A stretch of DNA of 64,000 nt from the human T2T-CHM13v2.0 reference genome, Homo sapiens. Position numbers and translations under genes: made by a program. Positions 1 through 12,660 of this stretch are shown in pieces (the first letter of the stretch is position 1; each line of letters begins with the position of its first letter). The stretch lies in NCBI RefSeq assembly GCF_009914755.1, contig NC_060927.1; one strand, 5' to 3'. Under the pieces are notes generated by a model, which saw only the letters and a program-made list of their open reading frames with translations, was not told the DNA's origin and made no database searches.

Positions 1-1959
1 GTAAAAGCATTTACCTAACCATCTTTAAATGGTTCAGTGTGTTCCTTTAATCTTGTCTTTAACCCAGATTAGCATAGAACTATTTTTCTCTCATTTGTAA
101 ACTCAGAAATATGAATAAATTTGTTTTCTGTTAATAAACCATGCACTACATTCTTGGCAGTCATTAAATTAACAAAGGTAGTAACTTAAGAACTGATTAA
201 ATATAGCTTAATATGCAATTGTCTTTCATGACTTGGTATCTTCAGATATTTCGGTGAAATTTTTATTATTCTTAAGATTTTAAAAAGTACCTCTGCAAAC
301 TATGATTAGTTATTGACTTAATTGGTGAGCAGTCACTTTTCAGCCCATATGAAAAATCCCCCTGTTTGTTTATGGGTTTAACATATTTTTATGATTATAA
401 ACGTGAAACATAAATCTGTACTGGTTGATGCGACAACTGAAATATGGCCCTTCAGCTTGTTCTTCTTCTGTGTCAGACTTTATTTAAGCATGTTCTGCAG
501 AATGCTAGTATTCCTCTAGATGATCCTTGGAAAATAAGATTCTATGAACAAATTTTTGGGAAATGTTGGATTCAACAAAGTGAAGCAAATAGTGTTAATT
601 TTGTTTCCACATCAGTCCACCAAAAGAGTCTTATTTGAGCAACAAACTGATTTTTGTGTGATATTTCATGGGACTAGAAGGATTGCATAGGACATATTTT
701 GGGAAACACAGTTATGTTTAAAAACAATTTACATTAAAAACTTAAATGAAATAAAACAAACAAAAATCATAGCACACCTGGCCTCTGCTACTCCGAGAGG
801 AAGATTGGGACCTACCGGGACAGATGTTTTTCTGGTAAGGGAGAGTCTACCTTGCTATAAGTATCTCGTAAGTTTTACTGGTAGAGCACTGTTCCTTTAT
901 TCTTTAAAGTTATAAAGTAGAAATTCAAATTGAAGCAAAAGAAAAGTGTTTTCTAGTTAAAAAAAAAAAGCTAGTGGAAAATAAAATTGTAGCATAACTA
1001 ATAGAAATTAAGTTGTAGTTTTTAGGTAGTTTATTATATGATGGACTTGAAAAACAGCTAGTTTCAAATCAGAATAATTGCCTTTTTCTTATGAAGTTAG
1101 TCTGGAGGGTGAAGACTGGAGATTGCTTTCTTTCTGTGTGAATTAGTTGTTTCTTTTAAAGAAACAAAATCAACATAAGGAAATACCTGGGAGTTTTCAA
1201 TACAGATGTCTCCAAAAGTATTATTGCTGCCATGTTATTTTTTCAATGTGTCACATAATGTTTATATAATTTATAAATGATAACAAAGCAATCAGGCCAC
1301 ATTCATAAAAGCCCAGTGACACATCATTTAGTTGAATCTGAGGATTAGAATTAATTGTCTCTCTTTGTTCCAAGTTCTAAATCTTAGTAAATGATTCACT
1401 GTATGTCATTACAGCTTAATATTTGCATGAAATCACAGTTTAGCTGGCATAATTTAACAGCAATTAAAAAGCTATTTAATCATCATGCAAATTGGTATGA
1501 GGGCCCTTGAGTAAGAAGGGTGTCAGCCTTCTTGTTTTTTTTTTTTTTTGTTTTTTTTTTTAGTATCTGCAGGCGGACAGTTATATACTTATAGACACCC
1601 ATAACATAATTGATAATATTCTTCCTAGAATGAAAATATAAGTGAATAATAATTCCTGCTTTCCATTATAAATAAGAGAAAAGACCAACCATATGAATAT
1701 GTCATTCTGTCGGAAAACATTATTATGATAATGACAATGAATCTTTATCTCCTAGACTAAGTCTAGGTTGGAGGTAAAAAGCTACGTTTATCCCTGTTCT
1801 CTAGTGTATCATCCCCTTCATGTTTGCCTTCCTGAAGGTAGACGTTTCTGTAAACCCTATGGAATATGAAATGGCATAAAGCAAGGCACCCAGCAACCTT
1901 TTAGAAAAAATGATTCATTGCATTTCTAGGTGATGTACCTATAGGTAGCTGAGGTCCCT

Positions 1960-2452
1960 TCCTGTTGTACATAGAAAACTATCCATACTCATTCCAATGA
2001 GCCTAGCAGTCCTGCACTATCTAGCTTCTTCCTGTTCCTTAAATCTTACTTCATGCATTCTCCCTCTGCAGTCTAGCCACAGTGACTTTCTGCCAGTTCC
2101 ATGGTTATTTCAAGATCTTTCTGAACAAGAATGGCATACTTTCTATTCCTAATATTTTTCCCACCCCTCTGCATATTCTCCTCACCACCTCTATGAGGCT
2201 TTCTCAGAATGTTACCTAAAACAGGGGTCCACCTGATTGCTTTTATTTCAGCACCTGTCTTTCTAATTTTTGTAATTGCAAACATTATGATTTGAATTTT
2301 ATTCATCCGCTTACATAGATCTAGTCACTCCACCAAAATGTAAATAACAAGAGAGAAGGAATAATGTCTACCATGTCTTATCTCTGTAAGCCCAAGATCT
2401 AGTAGAGTATCTGCCACATAGTAGACACTAAATAAAATATTTAATGAATGAA
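1960..2452 (+). mobile_element. LINE-2 3' fragment
   Basis: Ends in the L2 3' signature (agagtatctgccacatagtagacactaaataaaatatttaatgaatgaat); upstream pyrimidine-rich L2-like body. Boundaries approximate. Confidence 0.6.
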
Positions 2453-3730
2453 TGGCCGTAGCTTGAAATCCAAAAGGAGCCTATATCAAAACTTGAATTT
2501 ATTTCTAGGAGCGAATGCTAGGGAGACATTGCTTTCCACGCTCTAAGCAGAGTTTCTTGGTAACAGAAATTAGAGAATTGGTTTAGATTTTTTTTTTAAA
2601 TGAAGCCTTCTAAAATATGGCGTGACTGTTGTTTCAACAGTCATTTATATAGTATATTATTTTTCTAAATATCTCTCATAAGTATAGCCTCTCACAGCAT
2701 ACGGATTCTGTGGTTTTTCACATATAGTACTTAGCATAGTGTCTGGCTCCTAGAAGACATTCAGGTAATATTTGTTTAATGAACATTATAAAACTGAGGC
2801 TTAAAGGACTCAGATAAGTATATAGGATTATTCACACAATTTTAAGGAAAGGCTGGAGTAATTAGCGGCTATCAAGCACTCTACACGGTGTGATCTTTGT
2901 GGAAAATAAGAAGATGCTCATCCCCTCCTTAGACTGACTTGGTTTTCGAGGTCTTTATGACAAATAGGAGAATAGTGTGGGTCTCTTTTAGGCCCACGCT
3001 TAGTTTAAAGGACACACCTACTTGTGTTTAGTAAACTTAATCTAAATGAAAGTCCTGCCATCATTTCTTGTCAGTGGCCCCTTTTTATCCCTTCCATATC
3101 ATGCTTTTATCACATCAAATTGACAAGGACTTAATAAAAGGTTTTTTGTTGCCTTCAATTTTCATTTCGTTTTTCCTTTTTCCAAATCATCTGCTCACCC
3201 TAAATTTATGGTCATTTAATCTCAACCTTTGGGAAACAGATTTTTAGTGATTTTCGGAGGTGATGAATGGGGATTTTATCTACATATGAATTATAGTATG
3301 AAGACTGAAAAACTTACAACAATGTGTTTTGTATATGTATGTTACTATTTTTTTTCAAATTTTGAAAATGGTGATATAATTAATAAGATGTAATTAAAGC
3401 CATCACATAATTTAAAATAATTTTTGTTATATATTTTCAGTCAAGTTTAAAAGGTGTAATTACCATATGTTTTACAGATATCCTGATTTTTATATTAAAT
3501 ATTGAAATTCATACTCCAAAAATTTATGATATAGATCTTCATTCCTCAAGACTCCTTCCCTACTAGACCTAATGAGCTATTTTAACCATGTGATCATTAT
3601 AGATCCCATTAGAAAAAGAGTTCAAACTAACATAAAAGAGCAACAAGTGTTTATTGATGAAGTTTTCATTTTAGCGCCATAATTCATTGTCCTATATATG
3701 TACATTTGTTTTTTAATTGCTTTTCTCTAG

Positions 3731-4066
3731 GGCCACCTTCAGCTCCTAGGAATGTGGTTTTTAACATCAATGAAACAGCCCTTATTTTGGAATGGAGCCC
3801 ACCAAGTGACACAGGAGGGAGAAAAGATCTCACATACAGTGTAATCTGTAAGAAATGTGGCTTAGACACCAGCCAGTGTGAGGACTGTGGTGGAGGACTC
3901 CGCTTCATCCCAAGACATACAGGCCTGATCAACAATTCCGTGATAGTACTTGACTTTGTGTCTCACGTGAATTACACCTTTGAAATAGAAGCAATGAATG
4001 GAGTTTCTGAGTTGAGTTTTTCTCCCAAGCCATTCACAGCTATTACAGTGACCACGGATCAAGATG
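3731..4066 (+). CDS. EPHA6: Internal coding exon of an ephrin type-A receptor (first FN3 domain), most likely EPHA6 (exon 5 by recollection)
   Basis: Acceptor ttttctctag|G at 3730/3731 and donor GATG|gtaagt at 4066/4067; 336 nt, phase 1 at both ends. Translation PPSAPRNVVFNINETALILEWSPPSDTGGRKDLTYSVICKKC...NYTFEIEAMNGVSELSFSPKPFTAITVTTDQD is a typical EphA FN3-1 domain. Paralog assignment is from memory of the EPHA6 protein. Confidence 0.93.
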
Positions 4067-4904
4067 GTAAGTTCCACTGCTGTTCTCTCAAAACAGACCC
4101 ATAATTTCTTTTGATGCATAAATATCCCTCATGGGCATGTATTTATTGCAGGTGCTATGCAGTCATATACGTTATACACTGCAGAGGTAATGCACTGGTT
4201 GTTGTTCTTGTTCTTTCCTAAAACTCAGAAAGATATTTTTATATTACTTCTCAGCAGTATGAATAATAAGATGAAATGCTTCCCTCCACTGTTTATGTAC
4301 TCATGTATTTTGTATAATCATATAACAATATATCTTAATGAGTAAGTCCATATTACTTACCAATAGAAGTCAGAAATCAATAAAATGTTATTAAATGAAT
4401 TGAATTTCAATTGCCCCACTTATGCTGCCATCCTTTTTGCATGTCAAATAAAGCAAATAGTAAGAATTTTTAAAACTATAATTCATGTCTATATTATGAA
4501 AGCATTCCAACTAATATATTTGTGTTCCACTCTAAGTAGCAGAAAAATTTAGAAATGTGTTCAAATGTCATCATCTATGTGAAGTTTGTGAAAAGTAGTT
4601 AAACTGTTCAGAAATCTGATGAATTCAGCTAAATGTTCTCTTTATAACATCATAGATTTTTACTATAATATGGTCAGGCGCAAACACTCCTATGATTTTT
4701 ACAAGTATATACTTTCTTTAATTCCTTCATAACATAATTATATTGCAGACCAGGAAACAAGAAAAGCTTCAGAGATTTTTAAAACTCCTTTCGAGAAGTG
4801 TTCATAAATTATATGGGCACACAAGTTATTGCCTTATAGTAGAAAGTATTGTAAATGAACACATATATGAGAAAAATTTATAAAGATAAAACTATTTTTA
4901 TACA

Positions 4905-5286
4905 CCACATTTGTTTGCTAAGGCAGCCATAACAAATAAGACAGGCTGTGTGGCTTAAGCAACAGACAATTTATTTTCTCATAGCTTTGCAGGCTAGAAG
5001 AATCAAGTTGTCAGCATTGTTGATTTCGTTCTGAGGCCTGTGTCCTTGGTTTGTAGGTGGCCATCTTTTCCCTTGGTTTCACAAGGTCTGTCCTCCTTAT
5101 GTCTAATCTCCTAATCTTCTCTTCTTATAAGGACATTAGTCATATTGAATTAGGACCCACTCATATGATCTCATTTTACCTTAATTACTCTTTAGAGACC
5201 CCATTTCTAAATGCAATCTCATTCTGAGGTCCTAGGGGTTGTGACTTCAACATATGAATATGTAGAAAGACAATTCAGCATAATAT
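4905..5286 (-). mobile_element. MaLR solo LTR (MLT1A/B-like)
   Basis: Motifs gctaaggcagccataacaaa, aatttattttctcatagctttgcaggctagaag, cttataaggacattagtcatattgaattagg and gacttcaacatatgaat are typical of MLT1 LTRs. Confidence 0.75.
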
Positions 5287-5329
5287 ACACAATGGCAGCA
5301 TATTTAAAATAAAATACATTGATTTGAAT

Positions 5330-5695
5330 GTGTTGTGATAATACTCAGCAATAAAAATGAACAAAGTGGCACTATGCAGACTGAAAAGCCTATTTCAAAA
5401 GGATGCATTCTGTATGATTCCACTCATATAATATTCTTGATATAATATAATTACAGATATGGAAAACAGATTAGTGGTTGCCAGGGCTTAGAGATTTGGA
5501 GGAGGGCAGTGTGGCTATGAAGTGGTAGGAGGGAGGACTGTGATGATAGTTGTATATCTTGATTGTGGTGATAGTTACCTGACACTACATACGTGATAAA
5601 TGGACATGTACATGATAAATGTCATGCACACACACACACACAAGCCCTGTAGATTGGACCAATGTCAATTTCCTAGTGTTCCATGATATTATACA
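5330..5695 (+). mobile_element. Old L1 (L1MC-like) 3' UTR fragment
   Basis: tgtatgattccactcatataatattcttg, gaaaacagattagtggttgccagg and gtatatcttgattgtggtgatagttac resemble L1MC 3' ends. Confidence 0.65.
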
Positions 5696-7059
5696 TAAAT
5701 TCACTTTGCTGATAATCTTCAGAAATACCTCTAATAAATAAAGCAAAGCCATATAATATTGTACACTCATAGTCTTTGTATTTACTGTGTAATTTTCCTC
5801 TTCATTTAGCATAGTTCCACATCATAGAATTTGCTTTATGGTTATTCAAAATAGAATTCCTATTTTCTCTTTTCTTTTCCTCTTTCCTTTAGTATCAACA
5901 AAATCTTGTCAAATATATCTTAAATATAAAGTAGATGAGAGTTTTCTGTTCCTCTCTGCTTCAGCAGATGATTTTGAAGGTTTTTATTGCCTCAACCTTA
6001 TCAAAAAATACAATCTAGTACAACGATTTTTAGCTACAGGGAAAAAAATTTAATTTCTGTACAAAATCAGTATGTCACTTTAAATAAAATAAATATGTAA
6101 ATATGCTTACATAATTTCACACATACAGCAGCCTTTCATTCTAGGATTACAAAAGAGTATATTTAGTTCATGTCTCTGCTTATCAAAAGGATAAAATATA
6201 AGTTGTTTTTCACTTTTAAAATGGGATAGTTCATTAAAAGTATGTTGTTATATGGAAAAAAGATATATATCAAACATGAACTAAGAGGTGGTATACATAT
6301 ATTGGAACTATATATTCTGGAAGGATAATATCATTAAGCAATTTGTTCCAATAATTTATCTTTTTTGAATATTAAGAAATGATTATTGTTAATTTAATTT
6401 GATTTTGTTTTAGATATAAATATTAAAATAATCAAAATATATTTATATTTTATTTGAAAGTACATAAAGGTCCTAAACCAACTAAAATATTGTCATGTAT
6501 ATACTAATAAAATATTATGACCAGCCTTAAATATAAGCATCTACCTCCATGTCATAATTTTGAGAGATACCAAGAAGACCCCCTCTTCTTGTGCTTGAAA
6601 TTCTAAAGTTAGAGAATCACACCTGTGAAAATGCAGATACTCCAGGTAAGGGTAATGTTATGAACTATTCAATCTGTGGATGTATCAGATATCCTTTCCA
6701 TTTCCAAAGGAGTCAGAGTGTAGTGTTCAATTTAAAAAGAATTTATACAAACTGAATGTTTCAGAACAAACTTTCAACTGATGCCATTTTGTTCAGTTGT
6801 AAATAAATAATTGTATTGCTTAGTAAATAAAATAAAATAATTGTATTGCTTCAAATACAGGAAATAATTTCCCATCACTCCACTTGGAGTATCTTTGGGA
6901 ATTCTCTTTTAACTGATTTAGGAGACAATTGCAAAAACTATCTGATAACACGTTACGATTTCACTGGACTGAGAGGACAAGAGTAAAGTGGTTTACCTTC
7001 TCTGTAGGTTACATATTGTTTTTGTACAAAAATGCAAAATTGATAAGTGTTATTCATAA

Positions 7060-7400
7060 ACTTTCAATTTATTTAACATATTTTTAGTGTATTCCTTGTG
7101 TATGATAGTGAGCCTTTATGTACCTTAAAGTCTGGTGGGAGGCAGTTAATAAGCAGGTAATTTCACAAATATGTAGTTAGTACTCTAGTTAAAGTACTGC
7201 TAAGGAGAAGCCTAGGGTGCTCTGAAAGCATATATTCTCCAAATCTGGAGGATAAGTTGGGGGGCCATCTTACCAAGGAAGCAACATTTAAATTAAGTTC
7301 TGTTCTGAGGGATGAATAGAAAGTGATTAGGTAAAATGAGGCTGATATAAGAGAAATCATTCTGAGTAGAAGGAACCAGGCAAAAGTTGGATAATGGAGG
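7060..7400 (-). mobile_element. LINE-2 fragment
   Basis: Starts ttcaatttatttaacatatttttagtg (reverse complement of L2 3' end) followed by purine-rich L2-like sequence. Confidence 0.5.
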
Positions 7401-9589
7401 AATTAGAGGCTGATCATATGTAAGATAGCATATCATAGAAGTATAGCAGGATTTGGGGAAGGAGCTGAAGAGTTCATCTAAAATTTGGAAAAATGAATGG
7501 GTATCTGCAAATAGCTGAAACAAGTTAAAGAATCAGCCACTTGTCAGAAGATGCTGGAATTTTTCCAGGGCCACAAATAGGGAAAAGAAGTCAGACTAAT
7601 AAGATTGCTCATGAGGTCATACTTACATGAGTATGGAAAAAATATTAGAGACCAAAAAATATAGACAGTTATATTAATTATTTTTTCCTACTCTATGTAT
7701 GCACATTGTGGAACATGAAGATCGATATGAAATAAATTGGCATTGGTTTGCTTTTTCTTTCATGTAGTTGACTGTATGTATATATTTTTTCTCATATTTA
7801 AGAAATACTAAGAAAACCACATTAAACAAATCTGGCTTAATTGTTTGCTCTGTTTATAATTAAACAAATGTAAAAAAAAAGTTTGAAATCACTTAGAACC
7901 ACTTAGATGTAGTTAGGAGAAACATTCCTTGATTATTCTGAGTCTAGTTTGATAAATAAGATTATGAAGTTAAAACTATGACTTTCATCATAAGGAATCT
8001 TTGCAATAAATCTTAATTAACTGACTTCTACAGTTCCTAAGATCTATATTTGCAACCTTCTGTTTTCATAGTTTATGTAAATGGTCTTGAAAGGTGTTTC
8101 ATTTAGAGAGCAAAACAAGAAAGCAACATGCAGAAGACATTTGATTTTAGTCTTCAGTGCATGATAGGAAAACGAAGGTGTGTAGTTCAGTAAAAAGTAA
8201 TTATTCAGGTTTTAGACAGTAAAGGAAAACGTTAATCATGGATAGTCGACCCAAAACAAATTGTGTTTGTAGATATCCTGACATGTGCAAAAACCTTTAG
8301 GGACCATGTTCAAAGTGAAAGACATGGTAAATTACAAACCAATTCTGCTGATATTTGCTAAAGGGTCTTTAAAGCAATTCTTGTCAGAAGCAAGTTGTCC
8401 AATTCATTGGTATCTTAAAAAATACACTCAGCACTCCTATCTCTGCCCTTAAGTGACCATTCTGTATAGGCCTGCCTTAGGCCCACATTGTGATTGCAGA
8501 TTTCATGTACCTACTGTAGCAGGAATAACTAATTAAACTGACATTGAAAATATGTTTAAATCAACAAAAGTCTCTATATATTTATAAACTTGAGATGTCT
8601 ATTTGGTTTACAGTTCACTGGATTTTAGAAATACAGTCTATTTCAAATGCCAACCTTTTACATGTTGCTGGAGTAAGTAATTAGGGATAGTGTAAACATT
8701 CATTTGTCTTTATATTTGCATTTTAATGTATTTTATCTCTGAACATCTCTCACAGTCCTCACTGTGTTTTCAAAAATGCTCACAGCAAATATTCTTTTAA
8801 AAACCTATGCAATACTATTCAAAGTAAAAAAAAAAAAAGTGTGGAAGTTTTAAATACTTACTAAATATACATGAAATACAAGCCAGAGGCATGATAAGTT
8901 TTATTTTGTTTATTAAAACAGGCAATAACCCTGACTTTAACTAAGAAAGATGCTGTATTATTTGTATTTTCCATATTTCTTATACATAGGCAAATTATAT
9001 ATTCAAAAGCTAGATATATTGAAGTATAAAATATTTCTGTCTTCAACAAAAGTGTTGTTCCCCTGAAAAGTGCACTGAATGTTTTATTTATGGAAGAAAT
9101 GTCAAACTGGCTAATCATTACTAAATCATGATTAGTAATGATTGCATAATGATTATAGTGCAGCCAAATATTAAATTATAATCTAGGTGATTGTAAAATT
9201 TGTTTACACTCCTGAAAAACACCAAATTACTTCCAAGTCTAGCATCTTTTTGTGACACACATCTTTTGAGTAATTGAATACTATAGGAAAGGACCTCAGA
9301 CTTTAGAAATTCGTTTGCAGAGAGTTGGTCAGCAACTCTGCTCCCAGTCAGCAGCTGTAGAAATTGAACAACTGTTCTCAGACAGTTGTGTAAAACACTA
9401 CGGTGTCACTGTCTCACTGGACAATAATCATATTTTTTAATAATTTGCCTTTCCACCAATATGTAAGCTTCTTGAGGGCATGAATGATGTGTTATTGACT
9501 AAGAATATCCTCCATTTACATTGCCTATAACAATAAATCTCTACCCACTGCATTAATAGAGATTGAAGATGGTGTGAGTTAACTTTTCA

Positions 9590-9960
9590 TTTGCTGAATT
9601 CATTAAAAAATATTTATTGACTGTTTAGCTTCTGGCAAGAACTGTTCTGTGTTCTAGGAATATAGCAATAAAGAGAAAAACAATTAACACTGTTCCTGCT
9701 TTTATAGACATTATACTTTAGTGTTAAAAAGTGATAGGTCCCATGAGGAAGAACTAAACAGAGTAAGTGATTTGAAAATAAATGGTTAGTTTTATGCAAG
9801 GAAACCAAAAACACCTCTATAACTTGACACTTGAGCAGATCACGAATTGAAGAGAAAATCTTGTAACTATATAAAAGAAGACTATTACAGGCAATGGATA
9901 TAAAAAGGTCAAAGCCTTAAATTCAAGCAGGAATACGTCTGGAAAGTAACAAGAAAGTAT
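9590..9960 (-). mobile_element. LINE-2 fragment
   Basis: attcattaaaaaatatttattgactg...ctgttctgtgttctaggaatatagcaata...cctgcttttatagacattatacttta, typical antisense L2 3' end. Confidence 0.6.
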
Positions 9961-10640
9961 TAATGGCATATTTATTCTTTAGCATATACTAAATTTCATG
10001 TTCACTAAATCCTCTGGTGCTATACCTACATTTTCAACAATGGATTTTAATCAACACTAAACCATCCTTTAATAGCAATTTTTCTCCGTGATCATACATT
10101 GCTAAAGAAATGTGTTTAATCCTAAACTTGATTTTGAGCAGTTGGCTTTTAGAGTCGTCAGCTGTGTTCTCTGAGGAATTCTCATTTGCACATTTTGCAG
10201 GAAAGGTGACTAAGTATTTTATATAGCATAAAATAATAAGACCTTATTGCTGTTTTGGTGCCTCTATTACTATATCAACAATTTTAATGGCATTTATCTG
10301 TACGAATTAAAAAATAGTCATACGATTCTTTAGTAAAATGCTTTAAATCCTGTAAAATTAAACCAGATTAGCAGATGTTTAACTAAATTGAAATTAAGTG
10401 TGTGCATGATCACATCCTACATAATCTATAGCTATCATATGATATAAGGCTCTACTTTATGGTTAGGCAAATGTCTAACAAACTGGCACATTTTCAATAT
10501 AGTTCTTTGTTTGAAAATGGATGCCAATTTGATTTCATTAACTGAACTCTGCCTACAAAATGAATGAGATGATTTGGATAACTGATTCATTATGTATGTT
10601 GTTAATATTTAACACTGGGTTTATTTGTGATATTTGATAT

Positions 10641-10944
10641 TTTCTTTTTTTTTTTCTCTTTTTTTAGACAGAGTCTCACTTTGTCCCCAGGGTGGAGTGC
10701 AGTGTCATGGTCTTGGCTCACTGCAACCTCTGCCTCCTGGGTTCAGACAATTCTCTGCCTCAGCCTCCCAAGTAGCTGGGATTACAGGTGCCCACCACCA
10801 TGCCTAGCTAATTTTTTTGTGTTTTTAGTAGAGACAGGGTTTCACCATGTTGGCCAGGCTGATCTTGAACTCCCGACCTCATGTTCCACCCACCTTGGCC
10901 TCCCAAAGTACTGGGATTACAGGCATGAGCCACGGCACCTGGCC
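10641..10944 (-). mobile_element. AluS-type SINE
   Basis: Poly-T then agacagagtctcact...gagccacggcacctggcc; flanked by TSD atttgtgatattt (10623 and 10945). Confidence 0.95.
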
Positions 10945-11027
10945 ATTTGTGATATTTTCTAAAAGCCTCTTTGAAGTAAATATCCATAAGGATTAAAATA
11001 GCATTAATGTGTAAGAATAAAACAAAA

Positions 11028-11318
<291 letters not shown>

Positions 11319-11534
11319 AATAAAACAAAATTACTTTCAAAGTGGATGGATTATTCTGATCATCATTAAAAATGTGAATTTCTTCATACTTAAAAATATT
11401 TCAATTGCAAAGATTGAAAAACTAATTGCCGACCTTTTAATCAGGCAGAAATTCCACAGACCATCATTAGATGAGTGTTTTTTCTTCCATGTATTCCTCT
11501 GCACTTTTCTATTTCGTTTAGATTCTAAAACAGT

Positions 11535-12660
11535 CAGTCGTCTACATAAATAATTTATGATGTCCAGTGAAAAATAAAAATGCGGGACCCTTTGTTCAAA
11601 AAGTAGGAAAAGAGAGCCATAAAAGGTACTAAAATACAGTGCTCTTTCTTTCAGTGATTTTTCTCTCTCAACTTGGCACAATGTTTTTTGTTTGCCATTT
11701 AATGTCCCTCTAAGTAAAGAAAAAGTAAAATTTCAAATTATTTGCATTAAAATTTAACATTCATCTTTATATTGTTCAGTGACCATTTTAAATGCAAATA
11801 CAAGAACATTTAACATAAGTGAAAGCATCAAAATATACAAGTCTTTTTTCTGTAGTTGACCCCACATGCACCTCCTGTTCCCAAGTGTGTCTCAAGTAGG
11901 CCAGAACAGAAAAATATCAGCCAGACTCAGGAAGGTTGGGAAGTAAAAGAGAGGGTCCCTTAAAACACGGTGCCTGTCCAGAGAGCACTCCCTCTGTACC
12001 AGGGATACTTGAGCAGAAAAATGATGACACTCCCAGGTTCCCAGGGCCCTGCCTCAGGACTCCAGCTGCCTTTGTAACCCACAATGGGAGACCACCAGTG
12101 GTCTTCAAATCTCCTCCCTGGTAGGTGAGAGACCTGCTTGCGTTAAGACATGAAATCTGCAAAGCAGAAACAGCTACACACACACACTCACACACATACA
12201 CACACACACGCGCGCGCACGCACAGGCACACCCACACGATGCTCCAGGGTTAGCATATCCAACCTAGATCCTTTCCATGATGTCCAGATCCCTCACTGGG
12301 GAAAATGAACAGGCAACCCAGGAATGTGGTCCTACCTGCACTGAGGTCAATATATTCACCTAACCCAGGCAGACTATGACAGCAGTCACAGGGCAGGGAT
12401 AGGGATTGGAAGACTGCATGGCTAAGAGTGGGGGAGTGTGCCAGGGAGAACGCATCCTGTGGATATGGTGAAGTAGTGGGAGGCTGAACCTAGATCCTAG
12501 AGCCCAGGCAACCATTGTCCCATTTGTATTCACTTTAAAAATATGAGTGCAAAGATAAACATTATTAAGAATTTTGATGGCATTAGCTGAGCATTAAACC
12601 CTAAGAGAGTTGGGAGAGCTGTGCATCTGCACAAGCCATACATTCATGAAGCCAGCCCTG
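11535..12660 (-). mobile_element. hAT-Tip100 DNA transposon relic (MER45B-like)
   Basis: Right end attaagaattttgatggc...agcattaaacc...catgaagccagccctg is the reverse complement of the MER45 5' end; left end ctacata...aaaatgcgggaccctttgttcaaaa matches the other terminus; ~1.1 kb. Confidence 0.7.
12177..12237. repeat. Compound (CA)n/(CG)n microsatellite
   Basis: acacacacactcacacacatacacacacacacgcgcgcgcacgcac read directly. Confidence 0.9.

Noticed and set aside
780-840. GC-richer patch ending in a donor-like tg|gtaagg
   Set aside because: No convincing upstream acceptor or Eph-like reading frame.
3706-4104. 132-aa ORF as a stand-alone gene
   Set aside because: Begins at a non-ATG codon in the intron's polypyrimidine region; it is the spliced exon plus flanking intron.
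6801-6852. Short direct repeat aataattgtattgctt x2
   Set aside because: Ordinary slippage duplication in AT-rich DNA; no further structure.
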